64,000 bases of DNA, from assembly GCA_965649765.1 (NCBI GenBank), contig OZ287750.1, positions 7,006,001-7,070,000 on the forward strand, written 5' to 3'. The translations under genes were made by a program, and so were the position numbers. The notes under the pieces were generated by a model. The model was not told the origin of the DNA. It saw only the letters and a list, made by a program, of their open reading frames with translations, and ran no database searches. The stretch is from Bispira polyomma. Its lineage: Eukaryota. This document shows, in pieces, positions 46,491-61,600 of the stretch (the first letter of the stretch is position 1; the number at the start of each line of letters is the position of its first letter).

Positions 46491-49400
46491 GTAATGGTCA
46501 TTGGAGGGACCACATGTTTGGGCAAGATGTAAACATGGCATTGCCTACTGATGACAACCAACTGCCTATGTATTACCATCATGATTAATGATTTATGGCT
46601 TCTGATGTTGCACTTTAGAAGATACCTGGCACCAATAAGGCACATTTAACATCCACAACAGAGTTGTACCTTGTAACTGGCTTGTAACTTACCTGTCACC
46701 CACATTTTGGTTTTAACCAAAATGAGTTTGCTTTGTCCAGTTATGTTTCAGTTTAGCACAAGATGAAATCACTATCTTCAGTAGCTTAACATGAGATAGT
46801 TATATCAGCAGTTGCATAATTTTTGCAGGATGGCGGTATATCATCATAGATTGCGGACATCATAGGCCACTAGTTTTGATACTGATGGAGAAATAGTGCG
46901 TTCCAAAAAGCGATTAACCTAAAGTTGTTTTTAAAGGTGCACTTCAATTTACAAATATCAGCATCTTTCTTAACAAACATCAAAATGTTCGACTTGTACT
47001 GTGATGCATTACAGCCAACGTCATTGACTTATTCAGCACTGCCAAATCATAATTTACCTTTCACAGCAATAACGAACCAGTGGTACCATTATGTATGAAT
47101 ACATGTATTTGTGCTAGAAATTGCAAATTGGGGTTTTTTGGTATCGACTACTGACCTTGAATTAAATATTAAAGGTCAAGGGTATGAATATTATTTGACG
47201 TGATTTTGCAATGAAGTTTAATAGTAAATCCGAATGATTTACACATTTATATCATCAAACTTCTTGTTATCGATCACTTTCTATTATCGATCAGCAACAA
47301 AATAACCATTTTATACTAGGTCATGTGACCACAATTTAGCGTTGATCATTTGGCATTTCGAAATAAAAACTATCTCCAATGATCTCCAACAAAAATTAAG
47401 AAACTAGGAGATAAAAAAATGTATTAAATTGTGAAAATACCTTTTATATATTATTCCGCTTACGTGATCGATAAGTGGAGGCGCGAGGATACATTTAGAA
47501 TTACAGGAGATAATATGCCTGAACCCAGTGCAGTGAGGCCCTTTACTGCCCATTCAACAGAATTAAGAGATAACAATATTAAAAAAGAACTCAAAGTTAT
47601 TTATTGCAGATGTATACATCACATATATAGTTAGTTATGCATTAGTTAAATAAATCGTAAAAGAATATAGTCTGCTGGGTGTACAAACTCAAACCAGATA
47701 CAATGATGACAATGTCAAACAAATGGGCCACCGTTGTCCTCAATTGAAAGCCTGAATTGGTTAACTTTCCAGCCATAGCCATATCTGCATTCCAAACCTG
47801 GACATTTTGTAGAACAAAATCTTAATCAGATCTAAAATGATACCTTGGGCGCCTGAAATTGCTTTGCCAAAACCCAAAGGATCACTGACTTTAAACTTGA
47901 GATTCAAGAACACAATATGTACACATATAATGCACTTCTAAACAGTAGAAGTGCTATCAATAATGTGCGCATATAAGTAATATGTGTATGTAAGGAATCC
48001 CCCAGATCCAAATGTCCTCGATGAAAATATTATGTTTTTGTAATCATTGGTTGGTTTTGGTTTGGTTTTAAAGTTGCCTTTAATAAGTCTTGTGTTCACT
48101 GGTAGAGGATATCAGAGCAGGGTAATTGATCAAAGTGTTTTTTTTTCGACAAACCGCCGGCATTCAGCAAGTCTACTGCCAAATTTCCTACATACATACC
48201 ATAATCTTTATTGATTTATTCTTGTCTGTTATTTTTTTATTCTATTTGGTTCATAGAAAAACATGTTATTAAATCATTTTTTGCCCCCTGTCATTAAATT
48301 GGTACGCCTGGGAGTATTTGCATTAATGGTGGTCACTGTGTGTTTGTGTTTAATCTGATGATGTACCAACACTGCTAATATAATCTATTCTGCAACTTGA
48401 GTGTTGAGTCAAATTTCTTTTATCCTTCATACAGTAATAATGTGCTAGAAATGTCTTCTTGGCTCTGGCCTGTGGCAAAGGCCTAATGGACTAAAGATGC
48501 TCGGAAGTCGGATCTATTATATTGTAAATTTTTATATATCATATTATACATTTAATGCTAATATTATATTAATGCTGTATTTTTTCATTCAACCTATTTT
48601 TACATGTTAACTCTCTCATAAGCCACCAATGGCTGGCTGGGTCTGGCATAATAGAAATTGTATTTTGTGTTTACCAGGTGAGAGTATAATAGAAATCTAT
48701 CCATCTCATCTAGTGCACGTGCCAAATTCTGAAACATTCTAAGATTGTTCTTGTTATTGTATTCTCCGAACCTTGCATGTGGAAGAATCTACCATATCAG
48801 CTACATTATTTAGATTTTATTTTAGTCAACAACTCAACATTGAGAGAAAACAACCTTTGAAGTTTGAACCAGGTCAGTCACAACAAAGCCAAGGAATTAA
48901 CAATAAAAAGTCCTCTCTCCAGTAAACACACTCAGCATACTTATTGTCGCTTGGGGTTTTTTTTGGTCAAAACAAATGGCAAATTTGGTACAACAATAAT
49001 ACCTGGGTTTTTTTTATTACTGTAAGCACCTACAAAACAGCTCCACTTTAAATAGGCACCTTATTCCTCACATAGTTTGTGTTGCTAAATTGCTTAAATC
49101 AGTGATATTTATCCTTCCTTAACTTCTGGGAACAGATCTCTGATTGGGAAATTAAATCATTACAACGGCTTCTTGTGTTATTTAATGTGTGCACAACTAA
49201 TGAAGTCTGTTTTAAAGAAATCATTATTATATAGAAAACTGGCGCCTTTAGCAATGTTATGCTTTATGTTAAAGTACCAGATAAAGACATTTTATATTTT
49301 GATATAGTCACAGAATAGTAAAATCTCTTTTTAATATACAAAATAAAATGACTCTAAAGACATTTTAAAATAAAAGAACTACAACATATATTTTACTAAC

Positions 49401-51820
49401 TAAATTTTTTTATGATCCATATTATTTTGAAATGATAGCCAGTAAAAATGTTCAGTTTTAGAAATTGACCTAGTTTCAAATGCTTTTAACTGGAAATAAG
49501 ACAAGTTGTGTGTGAAATTACTTAATTGTGTGTGCATATTGTCATCATGTATTGATTTTTTATATTTGCTTGTCAATTAAGTGTTGTGTCATGTGCAGGT
49601 TCTGTAGCTTGTTAAGGTTGGGGTTATATTATTTTGTAAACATTAATTTATTATGAGTAATATTGTCAATATTAACCATATTCTGAAAGCAGAATAAACA
49701 ATCATTTGAATAAAATTGTGATTGTAAATAGACGATAAGATCATGTACTGTATACGTGTAAATGTTAGATGAAGAAAAATTTTCACAAACGTTTACAATT
49801 TTTGTGAAATAGACTGGAATTAATTTTTTTTAGTTAAAATATCAAGAGAAGTTTAAAATTTTCACTGGGAATAAATTTAAAACTATCTCAACTCATTTAA
49901 CTAGAATGAATTTCTGGTGAAAATTTCCACTTGTACAATATTTAAACTAACAAGAGACACAGCTGTGTAGTAGTGACTCATGACTCAGTATGACACAGAC
50001 ATGTTCTTTTGTACTGTATCTTGTGTTTGACTAAGAGTGAAAGACATTTAAATTTAAAAACCAACAAATAACACTTGATTCACTACTATTTTGGGAAACC
50101 TTAAGCTTAGCCTTGACAACAAATTAAAAATATTTGATGCAGTCCATCAATTATTTGTTAAATCACATGCTATCATGTAAATTTCAATTGACAATAAACT
50201 TTCAGTAACAACACACAATGTCAACATCTATCCAATGAAACGCTCATGAGACATGGAATAAATTAAAAATATTAAGTATTTGTTAAATATTACAAGTTAA
50301 ATTGTATTTTACTCTTTTTACTTATGATTATTGCAAAAGAATATTCTGATTTTCTGATAGATTATAACAAAATTTTTTTTAAATCATTTACACACAACTA
50401 TGAATAGTAACCCTGTTTCAATAAGAGATTTTTAACAAAAAAACAACAATATATGTATTACTTCATCAACTGCATTTAGGTTACACTTCTGACATAATAT
50501 ATTTTATACTCAGGAGTATTTTCTATAGCAACCACTCTCTATGATAAGTTTTTTAAACGTTAACTGTTGGTTTTGGAGACATGGGTTTTTCTAATTTTAT
50601 CACAATCAATAAGTAGCTCTGTAGTTTTTAAGTCTTAATATATATGAGCATCTTTGCACAATTTATCCTGATTTAAACAACCGGAAAACATCATACAGGA
50701 TAAAATGTTCACCATGCAGAGGTACTGTACAATATACTGGTTGATGTTTATTATAGAGAGGTGTTCATCAACAAAAGTTTTTCTGTAACATTCTTAAAAC
50801 TAGCTACAAATATTCAAAAGTATTAAATTTAGGTTGACGTTGTCAAATAACATTACTATACTGTAATTAATGTGTGACACAGATGGACTTGTCATCGAAA
50901 ATTTAAAAAAAGGTTTAATTTTTACCTGGTGTACATTCATAAAACTAACAGTTTACAGAAATGGACCAAGCCATTTTGTTTAAATAAAATTTAAAGATCC
51001 ATATCTTCATCCAGTAGTGCTGTAAAAAGTCAATCATAAATAGATGTAAAGTTATTATCAGGTGTAGCCAGATATAGTTTTTATTCTAAAAAGGGTGCCG
51101 CCCCTTTTAAAAAAGCCACTGCAACTCAATGTAAGGAAAGGTTAGAAGCAATCAGCCCATCCAAATGGAGGCGTGTTAAAGTGTATATAGTGGCCATATC
51201 AACGTAAGCGTATTTCATACTGTATCTTTTTTAAAAGACATCTTTTTATGTAATTATTTTACTATAGCGACATGCAATATAATCTCCTGGAGTTAACTGA
51301 CTACTGTACCTTATAGCATATGCCTTTACAAAGCTTGAAGATGTGACCAATCTGATTATGTTTTATTTCTCTTTTTTAACAGGTTCAGGTATTCCAGGAA
51401 GTAAATCAGCTTGGTTACAAATACATGTAATAACTTTTAGGGCATTCCCAGCATTAATGTAAATTCAGGTAGACATGTGAGACTTACAAATAATAATGGA
51501 CACTTTTTTTCCTATGCTAAAATCCCCTGTTGCAAATTAATGAGTGTGACTCATGACCAGTTGTCTGAAAAAACTATGAAATAAATCCTGGATTGACAAA
51601 CCACATTTTATATATCTAGATCAGTCCGGGAAGTCAATCTCATCCATATATTAAGAAGAGCTTGAAAACGTTTAGTAAGAGAATCACGATTCTTGTGTTT
51701 TTAATTTAATTTCAAGGTTTGACCCTATCAATATCTGGTACACACAGGTGTCATTCTAAAACGCAATAAACCTAACAGGTAGCCTTACCTAAGGCTTTAG
51801 TATCCTTCAGAATAAAACTA

Positions 51821-51953
51821 NNNNNNNNNNNNNNNNNNNNNNNNNNNNNNNNNNNNNNNNNNNNNNNNNNNNNNNNNNNNNNNNNNNNNNNNNNNNNNNN
51901 NNNNNNNNNNNNNNNNNNNNNNNNNNNNNNNNNNNNNNNNNNNNNNNNNNNNN
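51821..51953. other. Assembly gap (133 N)
   Basis: Run of N. Confidence 1.
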
Positions 51954-54900
51954 GGAATCTTTTGACGCTTCCCTATCTGGTAGTGTCACATTTTCTGCCC
52001 CCCCCCCCCCCACCCCCCCTTTACACGGTACGACTACCGAACAATGATTTGGGTTGTTGCACCTTAGAAATCGCTAGTGCAGAGATTAAGCACCATTACG
52101 GAATTGATTAGATTAGATTGTGTCTTTGGTTTGGTTGTTTTTATTTCCACACAGGTATCTAGATTTATTAGGTTAGTATGGGTTAGTTGGTCAAGATTTC
52201 TGCCACCAGCCCTCAGCAAGTCTACTGCCAACATTCCCACATGTATGTCAGGGCTGATAGTTAAACACATGACTTTATTTTAAGTATAAGAGAAATGACT
52301 GTATTAAAAATTACTAGTATTTATTTGTAGTGTAGTGTATTGTGTAGGCAATTAGCCTTGAAAATAATGTTAATGTTTTTACTTCTGTAGTGCCACGATC
52401 GATGGCCAGGCATCCTCTTTCATGCACATCCAAATCAAAAGCAAAAGAAGCAAAAGAACAGTCCGATAGAGGAAAAGGGGAAAATGTTTGATCAGAGTTA
52501 AAAAAAAAAATGGTATTTAGCCAGTTTGCTTTTTGTCAGATGCAAAATTACATGTTATTTCTTGTATTTTTACTGGCTACTCTTAGAACGAGACTTGAAC
52601 ATTGCTAAAAGCTACGTCCACTGGCAAAGCCCAGATTCACCGAGTTAGCCAAATACAATGTACTTGTTGTAGTCCATGCCTTTTGTTGTTTTTTATAATT
52701 AGTTATTATGTTAGTTTATTTAATTTATATGTACTGATTTTACATTTATATGTAGAAAAATTAATTTCAGTGTTGAAATGAAATGAAATAGTACATTTGT
52801 TATAGTGCACTTACAGAACACAGCATCCTTTCAAATGCTCTTTCTTATGGGCAGCCACTATGGGCGCCGAGGCGTTTGAGAATGACCATTTATCAACGTC
52901 CCCAAGGATCTTTAATCTGCCATTGGAGATATTAGTCAGTGACAGAGGACCGCCATTTTAAGTGGTCATCCGAGCTAGTTTTAACAATATTGGTTGAAGT
53001 TAATGAACAAAACTACTATAAATTTAAGAGCTGGTATTAAGCCTAAGTATGGGTTAAATATGAGACATTTCTTGAAACTGGCAAAGTTCTATCAAGGAAA
53101 GATCCTCAGTTCAGCCTATGAGTGCACCATGCTGAAGATTATAGGTGTACAGATTCTGAATTTTTTGTAAATCTAATGAGACATTCCAAAAAGATTTGAG
53201 ACTAAAGCACTGAAGCTACACAATCAGTTTACCTCTTGTAGTTGATTAACTTCTGTGACCTGCAGTCAACACTTTTTAGCCTGAATTTAGGTTAGCTAAG
53301 ACAAAGCATTTATTCCAGTGTCTGTAAGACTTAAAAATTTGTAAGGCTATTTCATAAGGAGGATCCAGCATTTTGTAAAGTGAGGGAGTTCACTGCCCGG
53401 AATCCTGTTGTTAGACCCTATACCGTTGGACTAATGTTTCTCCCCCCCCCCTCCCCCCCCCTTCCTCCACCCACCCTCAGATGATAACTTAATATGGTGG
53501 TCCTCTGTCACTGGGTCCTATCCCATAAATGGTCATCCCCAAACCTCTCTTTTCAGTGAGTGAAATGATAGTTCACTGTTGAATACATTTGAATAAAATA
53601 AAATGTACTGCATCCACTAAACTTTATGTAAATCAGTTGAGTAGCTTTTTTTATAACTCTGGTGACAAACACACGGACATGTGTAAAGTCATGACAACAT
53701 TTTGGGTGGAAGTAATAATAATGCACTGTAATTTATGACCGATTTCCAGTTTGGGGACTATATTTAGTTAGAAAACAGGATATATTCTGATCTCATTAAA
53801 ACCCTTTTTCCAGTCCCGTGCATTTGTATACTCAGCCTACCATTTTACACGTATGAAACATAATCCACGTGTATATAGTACTATGACTATTATATAACAC
53901 ACATAACGCATCCAGGAACCAAGTAGGGGTGAGACAGACACACAATATTTACATGAACACTTCCATTCACAAAAATAAAACATTGCCTTAAAAGGAAATG
54001 TTGATGATTGAGAACCTGCTACACTAGGAAACAAAAGTGTGTGGTCGCTTGTGGACTTGATTTTGATTTAATGTCGCTTTGTATAGATCATATCAGGTCG
54101 GCAAGTTTTAGTACTGGAGGAAACCAGTGGATACTCGCTGGTCATGATTCTACACCAGCGACCTTTGTATATTTCCAGCATGTGTTTAGTTATTTAGGAC
54201 TGGCTGACCCCTGTTTAATTTTGTTTTAAATTCATTATTTGTTTATTATGGTGATATGTCTTATGCATAAATACATTGATATACAAATGATACAACAGAA
54301 TATGCTAATATCTGGCCCTATTAGGACTATTATGTTTCATTAAAAAAGTACATAATAGGCAGATTAACATCTAATCTCATCTAACTTTTATAGCGCTTAC
54401 CATAGAAGAAACAAAAAATAAAATCATTTGGCCTGTAGGTAAGTTTTTTTTTTTGTTTTTTTTTAAATTAATATTATTTGGATGGGGGTGCCTGTCACAC
54501 AACAAAATTATGTGGTAATGCGAAGTGACTTGTAAGCTAATGTGGGCTGGGCAACAAATTTATGTATTAATGTATTAAAGAAGTGCATGTCACTGTAATA
54601 AAATATATTAATAATATTTAAAAGTTTGTATTAATATTATTTGGGTGGGGTTGCCTGTTATTTAAAAGTTTGTATTATTATTATTTGGGTAGGGGTGCCT
54701 GTTATTTTGAGGGCCATTAATATAAAAAAATTGGTGAAACAAAGCTTGCTGATACAAAGTAATTTTTTGATAAATTATAACTATTTGTTTGTATCAATGA
54801 ATTTTTGCTTTTAATGTATCAAATTTGTAAAAAAAAAACATTTTAAATAGGTGGTTAACAATGTAGCAAGTTGACAGTACATATGATTTTTGTTTCAGTT

Positions 54901-55038
54901 CAATATACTTCTAAAAGCCTATTACTACAAAAAGAAGAAGCTGACCGTTATTTTTGTTTTACACTGTAAATACACAGAAACTTGCGTGTTTGACAATCTT
55001 TTACATACACAGGGTCAAAGTCTGTTTTATTTTAATAA

Positions 55039-55074
<36 letters not shown>

Positions 55075-55257
55075 GTACATATATGTATCTAGACACAACA
55101 TTTTTTCTGACATCCTTCCTTTTCTTCTAAGAAACCCAGTGGTGCATAAGTTGTTTATTATTCTTACTGTATTGATTTAAAACTCACTGTGTGTTCACAC
55201 ACAGTTTGCTCTATCATATAAACCTGTTTCCATATATAGAATCGTGACATCCCATTG

Positions 55258-55358
55258 TGAGTCACCAAGTTTGTTCCCACAATTTTAAACACCCCCCCCC
55301 CCTTTCCTCCCTGCCCCCATATTCTGACATAACTCACCAAGCCTGTCTGTGTATAAAT
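55258..55358 (+). promoter_or_regulatory. MMP-B proximal promoter: AP-1 site TGAGTCA (55258-55264) and TATA box TATAAAT (55352-55358)
   Basis: Consensus motifs about 210-310 bp upstream of the ATG; AP-1 plus TATA is the classic inducible MMP promoter layout. Confidence 0.6.
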
Positions 55359-55567
55359 TGGGCCACCACAAGCCAGTTTCCAGCATTACCATCTTAGTTG
55401 GCCGGCAGAGAGGACCAAGATAAGAAATATATACTTTAAGCTATTTCAATCTGCAATTCTTGTTGAAGATTTTTTTCAGTTTATTTAATTTTGGTATTTT
55501 CTTATAGAATCTGTTTTTTTTTTTTTGTTGTTGTAAAGTTAGTGGGAAGTTTGAGTTTATTTTCACA

Positions 55568-55654
55568 ATGGCTCGGAGTGAAGCTGTGGTCATCCTGTTT
55601 GTGATGATGACCGGAGGAGTGCTGTCCAGCACTATGACCACACAGAATGCTATG
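55568..55654 (+). CDS. MMP-B exon 1 ([29 protein letters not shown])
   Basis: ACAATGG Kozak context, signal-peptide-like, phase-0 GTAAAT donor. Confidence 0.85.
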
Positions 55655-58600
55655 GTAAATATTACAGTGTTTTTTTTTTTGTTGTACCATATTTAAAGTT
55701 ACCTACATATTTAATACTATACATAATTTAATAATAAATAATTGCAAGCTCATAGTTGGCAATTTGGAGACCGTGTGCAACATATATGGTCACCCTGAAT
55801 ATTTATGATTTATATTGTTTTTCGTTTCTTAAGATAAAATGTTTCTATTAAATTTGTTCATTTCAATAGGTATCTGAATTTATTTACTATTAATAAACAA
55901 ATGTTATCTTCATCAACTTATAAAAATATTTAATTAAAATATAATTAAGGGTGTCGTTAATATTACCTTAATTACTGCTGGGCATGCAGTACCTACTTCC
56001 ACAGTAATACTTATTTAAGTTTCTTAAACATCAGTAATGTTATGTATATAAGCATTGTATTTAATAATGTTAAAAGGTGTAGTAATATATTGTATCCTGA
56101 GAAGATTATTTAATTTGCTTGAATAATGTTTTATATTTAAAAAGACATAATTAAAAGATTGAAATAGATGTATGTCTATGAATTGAATGATTCCAGTGTC
56201 ATATTTTAGACAGTGGTAAAACAGTTAAGTTAAACAGAGTGGCTATATCCACAAACATTATTAACATTCAGTTCTTTGAATTTTCTTAGTCTCAGCCAAT
56301 TAGACATTTTAGAACAACATTTTCAGCCACTCAAATTGGTTTTAGACAAAAGATTTTATAAACACGTTGGTATTCGAAAAAAATCCAATTGTTAATATTT
56401 TGGGCGGTTATATACGCACGGATCCGTGTGTATAAAAATAATGTTATACACACGAAAATGATTTGTGTCTGTAAGAGTAGTTGGAGGTTAAAGTCATTCA
56501 CAGCTATTGTGTTGGAGGATAATATTTTTTATTGTTTATTTATTTATAATATATAAGTTAATTTCATCATTCTTTAATGAAATTTGATCTAATTATAGAT
56601 AAATTAACTGTGGACCTTGTTTTTATTAAGTCCGTGGCTCATTTATAACTTGATATATAAGCAACAATAAAAGAATTTTATGCAAATTAGGTCGGCTATC
56701 ACCATAAAGAGTACCGACAAGCACCAACTTCTATGTAAGGATATTTAACTGTCTCTGACCTTTGACTCGACGAATATATATCATAATAATTAAAGTAACA
56801 CAATATATACTGATACATTACACGCTCTGTTATTTTTTATTTCTTCTTTGCCAACTAAAAAGGCTAGATATGCAACATCCGTGTGTATAACATTTGTTTA
56901 CAAACACGGTCCGTGCGTATATTCACTGCGTAATATTTTTAGTTGTAGTATATTAGACAACAAGGGCATTGCACTTGTACATTGTAGCCAATATGACAAA
57001 TATATATGTCACTGACACAATTAAATATATGACCAAAGTGATTTTAGTGCCGAATTTCTAGCCAAAATGCTAATAAGCAAAACAGAAAAAAGCACTAAAA
57101 AGTTTGATAGTACTAATAATAATGCCAGCAAATCTCTTACTATTTAAATAATACTAAAATGATTAAGCCAAGTTGTATACTAGGTGTATTCGTTTAGTAT
57201 GTATGGATGTATTGTCACCATTCCTACTTTGTGATTAATGTAGAATAGTGTTTGGAGTGTTTGACTTTGGATTAAACGGTCCCAGGTTCAATCCTCACTG
57301 CAGGTCAGGACTGGTATTCTCGAATGAATACTCAGCTTAAACTCATACTCAACTCAAATCTGGATTCTCTATAACTCTAAATACGGTATATATATTTAAA
57401 ATCTGACTTGATATTTGAATTCAGGGTTAAAAGCTCTATTAAAATGAATGGTCACACGTATGGTTATGTTCATGTACAAGGATTTTCACATGGCCTATAT
57501 TTGAGTTGAGTATGAGTTTGAGCTGAGTATACGTTCAGCCCTGGTGTATAAATAGGTACCCCTGGCCCACTAATGCGTTAACATTGTCTTTGTGCCATAT
57601 GTGGCGGCACGGCTACTATACTGCCTTATTAGGAGGCTGAGAGTGAAAAAATTGGTTGACAATTGGAAGTGTAAACTGTAAAGTTGGATGAGATCTCATC
57701 AGGGATTATATCAGACTCTAAACTTACACACCTATTTTCATTTCCTTTGCGTTTCAAAATCCTGCCCATTCCAATTTCCGGTTTAAACATTTTTAATGTT
57801 AAAATTATGGTAGATTACTCATAAAAATGCCGAAAAAGACTTTGGATCTTTGAAAGATAAATGTTGTCTTTTATAAAATACATGTTTTGGTGAGAGACGA
57901 GTGTTCTCCCCTGTGATATAGAGACATGCACAACTTTTGTTAATAGACTGGAACGCGGTATTATACACACATTTTTTTATTTATTTTTCCAGGACTACCT
58001 AAAGCAGTACCACTACATGGGTGAGGAGAACCCAGACCCCCGTATAGCTGCACTGTCTGATGAGGATGGCTTTGAGATGGGAATCCTGTCTTTTCAGAGA
58101 ATGCATGGCCTCAATGAAACAGGTCAGAACTAAAGGCGGCCCATATTCTCTAAACGAATCTCTAGCTTCCTTCTAGTCACCACCCCATATAATCTATATA
58201 TGGTCTCTTTGTGGCAGAGTCCAACTAATTCTGTAATACTTAACATTTCACAGTATTTAAAGTAACTAGTGAATGCAAGATGGATATTTGTGTAAATCTG
58301 CTAGTAAAAACAAGAATTCATATGAAGCAATCATCCTAGCCAAACTGAGGGGTGTCAGATTGATTGTTATCAGGGGCAGCCTGCAGCCATTTCAATGTTA
58401 GTGTATTTCACACTATGCACCTGTGCCCTTTTTAAAATAAAACTCTTGTTTGTGTGAACTAACAACCTAATAAAGTATGCACAAAAGATTTGATTTCCTC
58501 TATTATTACAAGTTACTCATACAAGTATGAACATTTGCTACAATGCAAAGTTATATGAATTTTTACAATCATGATGTGTGTTCATTTCAATCAACCAAAG

Positions 58601-61600
58601 CTTTTTTGACTTGATTTTTGAATTTGCAAGATTTCCTCATGGAGTATTTTATTACAGTTAGACATATTGTTGATGTTTGTGTTCAGGTATTTTGGACGAT
58701 CCAACAATTGAACTTATGTCCATGCCTCGTTGTGGGTTGCCTGATGTCATGACGATAGAAGATACCTACGTGAATATGGAACAGGGTGAAGGCGCCAGGA
58801 GGAGAAAGCGCTACACTTTAGAGGGTAAGGGGTTAACTAGTGTGTGTATAGTACAGTCTGTGGAGGGAAGGGGTTAAATAGTGTGTACTACATTCTGTGG
58901 AGGGTAAGGGGTTAACTAGTGTGTGTATAGTACATTCTGTGGAGGGTAAGGGGTTAAATAGTGTGTACTACATTCTGTGGAGGGTAAGGGGTTAAATAGT
59001 GTGTATACTACATTCTGTGGAGGGTAAGGGGTTAAATTGTGTGTATACTACATTCTGTGGAGGGTAAGGGGTTAACTAGTGTGTGTATAGTACATTCTAT
59101 AGAGGGAAGGGGTTAAATTGTGTGTATACTACATTCTGTGGAGGGTAAGGGGTTGACTAGTGTGTGTATAGTACATTCTATAGAGGGAAGGGGTTAAATT
59201 GTGTGTATACTACAGTCTGTGGAGGGTAAGGGGTTAAATTGTGTGTACTACATTCTGTGGAGGGTAAGGGGTTAAATAGTGTGTATACTACATTCTGTGG
59301 AGGGTAAGGGGTTAACTAGTGTGTGTATAGTACATTCTATAGAGGGAAGGGGTTAAATTGTGTACTACATTCTGTGGAGGGTAAGGGGTTAAATAGTGTG
59401 TGTATACTACATTCTTTGGAGGGTAAGGGGTTAGTGTTTATAGTACACTCTGGAGGGAAAGGGTTAATTTCGTTTACACTATGGGCCAGAGGGTAGGGGT
59501 CTAAGCAGTGTGTAGTACGTCCTGGAGGTGAGGAGATTAAACAAGTGTTTGTACTACATTTTGTAGACTGTAAGCGGTGAGACGGTTTGTCTTTGTGTAC
59601 TACATTATCTGGAGGCCAAGGGGTTAAATCATGTTTGTACTGAATTCTGTGAAGATAAGGGTTTCAGCAGTGTGTATTACGTTCTGGAGGAGAGGGGTAT
59701 AGTGTATTCTGGATGAAAAGGGTTAAAATATATGTGTACATTTGCACTGTGTGGGAAGTGATTCCACTTTTGTGTGTGTCTTGAAGGTTACCATTGATTG
59801 GCTACGAGAACTCATACATGTTAACAATCGCTTGTAAAGCGAGTACACTGTATAAATTGAAATACAGTTAGAAAAAAAGGAAGCACATTAAAAGAAAATC
59901 CAACTAAAAAGTGTGGTTGTCTTTTTTTTTTTAACAGATATTTCCAATTTACTTATTTAAACAAAGTGACATATAGTTAAAGTCCTATTGAGTTTATTGG
60001 AAGGGTCTCTGTAAATGAAACCTGATGCAATTTAATTCAGTATGAGTAATTGATATCTTTTCAATACGACTGGATGGTAGGTACCAGATGTTAATGACAT
60101 GCTGCTCACACCTTATAGACCTCTGAGCAAATCATTCCATGGTCAGATCAAAGCAAACCACTGAGTCACTGTGTGTGTGTGTCACAATTGTTTTAATAAG
60201 AGATATCTTTAATGATGAGTAATCTGATGTATGCATGCATATTATTCCTTTTACTGATAAGCATTTAAGCCATGTTGTTCTAAATTTTTTAATCTTTGCT
60301 AGCTTGTAACAAGTTAACTAATTTGAGTCTAATTCTGTGTGTTACAGTGAGACGTCTTTAATCCAAATTTAAATACTTCTTCCAAAATTTATTTTTATAA
60401 CAAAATACCCATGGCCATATTCTCAAAACTTCTTAAGCTCAACTCAGACTCAAGCAAAACTATCTAGCTTGAGTGAAGTTAGGTAAAATCTGACTGCATA
60501 TTTAAAATGAGTGATAAAAACTTTAATAAAACTAATTGTTAAGGCCTGTTTCTGCATACAGTGGTACTGACCAGTTCACGCCCAGAACCAGATCACGCTC
60601 ACCTTGTAAATGATTGTAAATGTTAGATTACAAAATAAAACAAGCACGAGCAGCTTTGATGAGAAATCAAGTAGTATATCATTATGTATGAAATACTAAC
60701 ATTGGTGTTGAAAGCAAATTACCTACAAAAACATATTGACTATTTCAATCTGGGTGGGCATAAACTGGTACTGGGAATGAACTGGTACAGTACCACTGTA
60801 TGCAGAAACAGCCCTCAACAATTTAACACTGATTTTAAATATGCAGTCAGATTTTACCTAACCAGTCCCTCTGTAATTTGTGTCTTCCCCACCCTAGATT
60901 TGCTCATAAATCAAGATCCATTGTTAATTTTATTGTTTTCTCTTGTAAAGTAAAGAATATTCAGGATACTACCTGTATGACAACAGCACAATAAAAATAG
61001 ATTGTGAGAGAGTTAAGTTGCAAATAACTGTTTAAAAAAAGCTTGATTTAAAGCAGAGTAAAACAACTGAATGGTGAGCACCTATCTATAATGAACACCT
61101 TTTCCTGATCCTATTTGCCACCAGTTTTTTCTCTGCAGTACCTCTGAATAGTGAACACCTCTTTATCATAATATGCTGGTTTTATTGTAGACATAGACCA
61201 ATTTACAGACCCCAAAAAGGGTAGTACAGAATTGCTTAAAAAGATTTCACTGGGCCCGTATTCACTAATTTCGGACTTATCCAAGTCTTAGGTTTAAATC
61301 TAGCGCAATAGTATACTAGATTTAAGCTAAGAGTTGGCTAAGTCTGTTAATAAATATGGATCCAGAAGGTAAACTTTAGCTTGTGTAAAGGCTGTAGTCT
61401 TATACAAATGTCTATGACACATATTACTGTTGGAATCATCTCTTATAAAGCTGTTTTATTCTATTCCATTCCAGGTAGCAGATGGATGAAGTCATTCTTG
61501 ACTTATAAAATCACTGTCTACACTCCCGACCTGCAGCAGTCAGCTGTTGACCGTGAAATCAGAAGGGCTTTCCAAGTCTGGGAGATGGTGACTGACTTAC

